Shown here piece after piece: positions 51,532 through 57,406 of a stretch of 57,406 nt of DNA. The stretch covers positions 62,001-119,406 of the forward strand of contig MU271254.1 in the NCBI GenBank assembly GCA_021432655.1, in the 5' to 3' direction. Below the pieces are notes generated by a model. The model did no database searches, was not told the origin of the DNA, and saw nothing but the letters and a program-made list of their open reading frames with translations. The translations under genes were made by a program, and so were the position numbers. The stretch is from Atractiella rhizophila (Eukaryota). The stretch's first letter is position 1; every line of letters begins with the position of its first letter.

Positions 51532-52839
51532 TCCTCAAGATCTTTTGATTGGGTAACACTCGTTTTCGGTGACTGGTCGGCGAATTGTCCAATTTGTCGT
51601 TCTTGGTGCATCATTTTTGAATCAAAATATTCCCCTTGAGCTCGGAGATATTGCTCTTTGTTCATAGTCGTTCTACATTCTCTCTCCCGATGTCCTATCT
51701 TTTTGGCATCGTCTGCAACGGGGAGGTCTAGATTTTGTCGCATCGACTTCCATGTCATCGGGGTCCTTGGCTCTATGAGCGTGTATAGCGGCGTTTGGTG
51801 ACGGATTGGCGACCGGTGACAAAGTGGCGCTCGGTCGATACGGTACGGATGTTCTGCTCTCTCTGTGCTTTGATGATTTTGAGCTGTCTCTCTTGGCAGA
51901 AAACGTATTTTGGGATCCATCTTTTGCCGATAGGATGTTTCGAAAGAAGGTTGAATGAGCAGATTCTTCAGCGTCAATTCGCCGAGATTTTTCTTTCCAG
52001 TCTTCCAGCGATTTTGGGAACTCTCCTTGGGTTACTTTGAGATGTAGGGCAGGATTGAGTCCTCGTTTGAAGAAAAAATGAGGGCTTCATCATCAAAGTC
52101 AGCTTGATTTGCCAATTCTTCAAACTTGATGGTGTAGGTTTCTAGGTTACCTTTTTGCTGGAGGGAAGATATTTTTGTCTGTGCAATGAGCTTGTGGTCT
52201 GTCTTGCAGAAACGCGCTCTGAACTCTGACAAAAATTGTTCCCACGAAATTCGTTCCTCGTTTTCAACAAGTCGGCGCAAAATCCCAGCGGCGAATTTTT
52301 CCGCATCTCCTTCTTTCATGTAAGAAAGGGTAAATAGGATTTTCGATTTTTCGGTCGGGAATTGGCCTGGAACGGTAGAGGTGTAGACGTAAATTTCACG
52401 TAAAAATGTCGGAGCTGTTTTAGGCGCTCCTTTGAAGATTGAAGGTGGAGCGAGCTTGATACCTGCATACGGTGCTACTTGGGCAGTCTGGGATATAGCT
52501 GGAGGAGAATAAGTTTGAGGTATTGGGTCTGTTCGCGATAAGAAAGGAGAGGTGGTTCCACTGTCTCTAGGAGGGGGCAGTCTGGAGTCCAATAATTGCA
52601 AAATTCGGTCGTTTGTGTTTTGGACGTGGACGTCGAACCTCAGTTGCGCAATTTCGTTCGCATTCTGGGAGGTTTGCACATTTTGTTGGTTGAAGCTCGT
52701 TATGAGGTCTTGTTCGAGTTTTTTTGAATTGCTTTTCAGTTGTGAGGTGTAGAGTTTGGAACATCCTTTCTAGGTGCTGGATGCGTTCTTCGCTCGTCGG
52801 CGGTTCGCGCGTTTCCATATCTCCCCAAACCTCCGACAT
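51522..52839 (-). pseudogene. Gypsy gag (frameshifted in this sequence)
   Basis: KLAPPSIFKG...FPTEKSKILFTLSYMKEGDAEKFA...WEQFLSEFRARF (retrotransposon gag), with a remnant zinc knuckle near the C-terminus; ends EEDF-stop. Confidence 0.88.
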
Positions 52840-52868
52840 TTTTTAAGTTTGGTTTTGAAAATAAGGGG

Positions 52869-52878
52869 AGAGTATTCT
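52869..52878 (-). promoter_or_regulatory. Self-priming primer-binding site (AGAATACTCT)
   Basis: 2 nt inside the 5' LTR end; exactly complementary to LTR 53004-52995, which lies about 27 nt downstream of TATATATA. Confidence 0.75.
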
Positions 52879-52880
52879 TC

Positions 52881-53299
52881 TGTTAGGGCTGACACTATGT
52901 GCGGTCGCCGACGGGCAACGCGTCTGTAGTGGAGGTAAACCTAAGAGAATAGCATGGCATGAGGAGACTAACCTGTAGTGGAGGTAAACCTAAGAGAATA
53001 CTCTGAGGTCACCACCACTACATCTCGATGTATATATACATATGTAAGGGCACTGCCATAAACTGTAACATACGTTTCTTGAAACATGTAAGATAGCTAG
53101 ATCAGGAAAGCAACAAAGGGAATACTCGGAAATAAGGCATACTGAGCAGTACAAGTGAGAAAGGACAATAAAGTAATAATAGAGACGGTGCAGACCGGCG
53201 AAATGTGCAAGGTTTGCTGAGCGGCGATTCGTGTGAGATAGGGAAAGCGGCGATCAGCGCGAACGTGAGCAAAGCGGCGATGGGGAGGCACGTGACCTG
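52881..53299 (-). mobile_element. 5' LTR of the gypsy element (outer ~40 bp of U3 missing)
   Basis: Same U5/R as 50565-51171; TATA at 53031-53038. Confidence 0.9.
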
Positions 53300-53691
53300 T
53301 GGTGGAGATAAACCTAAAGAGAATACTCCAAGGTCATCGCCACTACATCTTGGTTTATATAATGTGTAGGGTATTATTAGCATGAAATATAAAGTATGTT
53401 GTATGAAACATGTGTCATAGCTAAATCAGGAAGGTAATAAAGGAAATAGTTAGAAGTAAGTTATGGAAAGAGGAATAATATGAAAGGATGGTAAGATGAA
53501 ACAACAGTAATGTAGACCAGCAAAATGAACGGGTGTACTGAGCGGTGAACTGCATGTGAAGACACAAAGCGGCAAAGAGTATGGGAAGGGGCAAAGTGGT
53601 GAGTGATAAAAGCACTGATTAGTGAATTAGGAAAGCAAGTCACATGACCTGAACAAAAGCATTTTGGTAATGTGTAGGAGCAAGCCTATCA
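53295..53691 (-). mobile_element. Older partial LTR of the same family (R/U3 only), fused to the 5' LTR
   Basis: acctgtggtggagataaacctaaagagaatactcc...gagcaagcctatca aligns to the other copies. Confidence 0.8.
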
Positions 53692-53899
53692 TCAGAATGG
53701 AACAAGATGTAATAGGCCACTGAAATTGGAGAAGCAACTCAGTTGAATGCTCCTTTAAAAGATGGGCCATCCAGATATTGATGAGCAGGATGTGGAGGAG
53801 CTCTATCAATGGTACTATGGATCAGCTAGAGTAGATAAGGATGCAGGTGGTGAGATCAACTGTTTAGGTATGCATTTCCTCTGTATTGATATTTTTATT

Positions 53900-55230
53900 T
53901 CTGTTTCAAGGTAAGTGTTACCTCGCTTCAGCTGAGAAAGATTCCCTAAAAGCTTTCAATCTTTTCAAAAAAGCTTGAATAACTTGTTAATGTTTTAATA
54001 TATTGCAAGACATATGACTAGATAGGCTGAGATTGCAAGCCCGCCTAAGCTTGTACAAAAACTTGAGAAACTTGCTGACCTGCGAGCAGAGGGTTTGAAA
54101 GCTGCATAAACTCACATGCCAATTTTAACTGCCCTCTGTATGAGGGCTATCAGCCGTGCCCATACTGCAATAAGCCTCTTTATGACAGTGTTGGGGGGCT
54201 AACAAAGGACTGGAAATATTTCCACTTATTGCACACCTTTGAGCTATTACAGGGAATACAGACATAGGGAAACCATCAAGTCCTGTCATAAGAGCAATGG
54301 CTTGCTTTCTCATTCCTGGCCTAAAAGCTCTAAAGGATATTGATTAGTTCCTTCATCCTCTTTATGAGGAAGCAATTGAGATGGTATAAGGATTTCCCTC
54401 CAGTCCTCAGAGACAAAAACTGAATTCATTCAGCGTACATACTTCATCTTTGTATTAGCCACAGACAAGCCACTAAGAAATTGATGAACATGAAAGGCTT
54501 AAATGAAATTCTGTGCTGCTGCACTTGTGAAGCTTGAGGGATCTACATGGCAGAACCTACTACTGCCCTCGTCAACCACTGTGAATATCCCTACAACTTG
54601 AAACTAAGGACCTGTCCCAAAAACAAAGCATTAGATCCTCCCATTATGAAGCGACCAAACCTTTCACTTACAGGCAAGGGAAGGAGGCAGCTTAAGAACC
54701 TTTGAAGTAGTCTCTAAGGCTCGCAGGATCAATAGAAATTGCATTTGGTTGAAAATTCCATGAATTTTTTCCTTAACCCCGCTTCACATTTTATGTGCCT
54801 TGCCATCAAAACATGATTAAGAATTTAGTCATATTCTGAAGAGGGAATGTAAGGAGTTTGATAAGAAAGAAAGAGTAGGTATGTGATTTCAAAGAAGGAT
54901 TGGCAGGTAATGGGAAAGAAATCAAAGAGGCAGCCGAGATGACTCTATCCCCAGTTGAAATGCGCTTCCGCAAACTTGATAATGACCACTTAAACCTCAC
55001 AGCCGAGGATTTCTCAAATTTGTAATTTTCTTACTACCAGCATTTCTTGGATTGGGGAAAGGTCATTGTCTCTTGTGTCCAGTACTCGATGGCAAAGGAG
55101 GATCGATCTTATGGATCGAGGGAGCAATCTGTAAATTGGGTGGAGAAAGAACTTTACCACCAGTACAGGTACAGCCATCTTTCCAACTGCCCCAGCCTTG
55201 TTTACTCTGTCCTTTATATTCCTGACTATC
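53900..55230 (+). mobile_element. Decayed CACTA/CMC-EnSpm (Tnp2/Transposase_21-like) transposase
   Basis: Remnants CPYCNKPLYD, FLIPGLKALKDID*FLHPLYEE, KLMNMKGLN..CCTC and LYHQYRYSHLSNCPSLVYSVLYIPD, with many stops. Confidence 0.7.
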
Positions 55231-55438
55231 TGTTAGTTGTAGTGTGTTGTTTTGGTCATCTGCCTGTTATGACTCGTATGAGTCATCACTATACCTATAG
55301 TTTAGTTCTGCCTAGGAGTGTTGGTGCTCATTATTGACCACCAACCACTCCCCAGGTATGTGTCTCTATACTTCTCTAATATCTCATTATTGACCACCAA
55401 CCACTCCTAGCCTTAGATCCTTACATGGTAGCAAGAGC
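55231..55438 (+). mobile_element. 5' LTR (55231-55425) plus tRNA-type PBS of a copia-like element A
   Basis: TGTTAG...CCTTACA followed directly by TGGTAGCAAGAGC. Sequence similarity to the LTR at 55534-55738. Confidence 0.72.
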
Positions 55439-55533
55439 TGGTGGCTAAGATTACATTTGGTCACACCTATCACCTAACCCCTCCTCCAGACCACAATTTT
55501 CACCCTCCCACACTCAAATTTGAGAGAATCTGA

Positions 55534-55738
55534 TGCTGGATGGAGCTAGGGGACAGAGATTGGTGGTCAAAGATGATGACATTGATAGGAAAACACATAC
55601 CTAGGGGACAGAGATTGGTGGTCCAGGATGATGACCGCCTAAACTGCCCCCTAGGGGGCTAAAACTCCGAAGTGAAGCAAACAACACTGAGGTGGCTGAC
55701 CATACAAATATAACAGAAATATAACACCTAATCCAACA
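55534..55738 (-). mobile_element. 3' LTR of copia element B (205 bp)
   Basis: Minus strand: purine tract AGGTGGGAG, then TGTTGG...CCAGCA; lies downstream of the RNase H ORF. Confidence 0.8.
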
Positions 55739-55965
55739 CTCCCACCTGGGCAGCCGCCTCTTGAAGCTCCCACTAAATCCGAGAACCATCCAGAATAACC
55801 ATCCAATGAATCTCCCACCGAATGAAGGCATCATGAAGTGACATCGCACAAAGAAAACATATTAGTTAAATGTCTAAAACCAGTAGAGAGATCCTCGTAC
55901 CGCTTAAAGCGGCGTCTTATAACCCCTAGAAGGAGGACAGAGTTTTATTGTGCCCCATAACTGCC

Positions 55966-57406
55966 TCATACACTTGGGTAGGGGCGCAGACCCATCATTT
56001 CTCGGAATTTTGCAACGCCAGCAACTGGGAAGGCCTTGGTGAGGAGGTCTGCAGGCATAGACTCGCCAGGGCAGAAGGCTGGGGTGATGAGTCCAGATTT
56101 CTACTGTGTCCCTGAGCCAGTAGAAGCGAAGATCCAAGTGCTTCATGCGTCCATGGTGCTCAGGATTCTTGCTGACTTGCAAAGTGCTGTTGCTGTCCGT
56201 ATAAAGTGTTGTCGAACCTTTTGGAGCGAAGCCAATCTCTTGCAGAAGACTTCTGAGCCAAACCACCTCTTGTCCTGCTGATACCCCTGAGATGTACTCA
56301 GCCTCCGTGGTTGAGAGTGCCACAAGAGACTGCAACTTGCTACTCCAGCTCACTGCTCCTCCTCCGACAGAGGTATCCTCCAGTAGACCGGCCAGTATCC
56401 TTGCAACCCGCAAAGTCCGCATCACAATATGCCTTGAATGGTTGAGAGATATCAAAATCTGAGGCAGAGTACTCGATGCACATGTCCTGAGTGCCCTTGA
56501 GATAGCGCATGAGGTGTTTGGCAGCTTCCCAGTGCCTCTTGCCAGGATTGGACAGGAATTTTCCGGGACAGAGACAGTGTGTGCAATGTCAGGGCGTGTA
56601 GCAACTGCAAGGTACATGAGAGAGCCGACGACATGGCTGTAGGAAATGGTTCGCATCTGTTCTTCATCTTCCTTGGTCTGAGGACAGTCTTGCCTCGATA
56701 AACCGTGGCCAACACTGAGGGGAGTGAGCACAGGCTTGCAGCTATCCATCTTCTGTCGAAAGAGAAGGTCCTTAACGTATTGCTCCTGATCCAACCACAT
56801 CTTCTTCTGCTTCCTATCCCGCCTAATCCTCACTCCAAGCAAAAATTCCGTCGCTCCAAGGTCCCTCAGCTTGAATCTCTTTCCTAACTCCTTCTTGAAC
56901 TCCTCCACAGCGCGTCTGGACGTGCTTGCAATCGTTATATCGTCCACAAAGACTGGGACAATCACCTTGACTTCACCATTCGAGTAGATCCAGAGACTGC
57001 TGTCACACTTGACTTTGGTGAAGCCCATGGACACGAGCTCCCTGTCCAGTTTCTTCTGCCATTGACGTCCTCCTTGCCTGGTGCCATAGATTGCTTTGAG
57101 GAGTTTGAGAGCGTATTCTGGAGGACCTTGAGGGTGACCTTCTGGCTGCTTGGCATAGACTTCAGCGTCCATTTCTCCGTTCAAAAACGCAGTTGAGATG
57201 TCCACTGATTCCAGTTCCATGTCCAGGACACAGGCAAGCGAAAGAATGGTTCTGAGAGTGGCCCATTTGACTGTGGAAGCAAAGGTGTCGAAGAAGTCAA
57301 AGCCAGGACGTTGAGAGAAGCCCTTGATGACGAATCTAGCCTTATAACGCTCAATTGAGCCATCAGACTTCTTCTTGATAGCAAACACCCATCTGGATCC
57401 AATGAC
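55966..57406 (-). pseudogene. Ty1/copia pol 3' part (RT plus RNase H), frameshifted, runs off the window
   Basis: RYKARFVIKGFSQ, VDISTAFLNG, KAIYGTRQ, FVDD, TRPDIA, VALSTTEAEY, KHLDLRFYW and ADLLTK (shifted frame). Confidence 0.95.

Larger units (their letters stand above)
45499..53299 (-). mobile_element. Ty3/gypsy chromovirus LTR retrotransposon (Tf1/sushi-like), disrupted
   Basis: 5' LTR 52881-53299, gag, and pol in order PR-RT-RH-IN-chromodomain. Only 16 bp of LTR terminus remain at 45499. Confidence 0.9.

Noticed and set aside
45494..53696. Idea that 45499-45514 and 53295-53691 are two halves of one old LTR split by the gypsy insertion
   Set aside because: Outer flanks (GTTTG vs TCAGA) do not form a TSD.
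55910..55962. GGTTAT-type half-tRNA PBS look-alikes
   Set aside because: They lie 3' of pol and not next to a 5' LTR.

Overview
Intron-rich fungal genomic DNA, most likely basidiomycete (inferred from 40-60 nt introns and the protein families). Bases 1-41,012 are a very compact block of housekeeping genes: CDC55, a RING-H2 ligase, RPL7 with an intronic C/D snoRNA, RKI1, a membrane protein, a PQ-loop protein, ERG13, a CID protein, an MBF/SBF-type APSES-ankyrin factor, a GH105-like enzyme, a CCCH protein, NUP53-like, a PACT/pericentrin-like protein, MAK16, GUK1, RNPS1-like, ARPC1, EXO1, OXR1, FIS1 and an F-BAR RhoGAP. This block includes a 3.5 kb tandem duplication (26,308-33,384) that could be real or a haplotype mis-assembly. 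From about 41.3 kb to the end is a gene-poor nest of transposons: a chromoviral Ty3/gypsy element with Tf1-like self-priming and -1 frameshift signals, several solo LTRs with 5-bp TSDs, a decayed CACTA transposase and two Ty1/copia elements. The main observation is that seven LTR copies from both gypsy and copia families share one architecture, X-AG / GT(T/A)..intron..X-AG: a 46-58 nt GT-AG intron whose 3' end is a direct repeat of the preceding exon, with an upstream anti-X hairpin arm clear in most copies. I propose, as inference, that this lets an LTR retrotransposon splice its 5' leader and rebuild the intron at every minus-strand transfer. Exon boundaries were placed by eye and are approximate.
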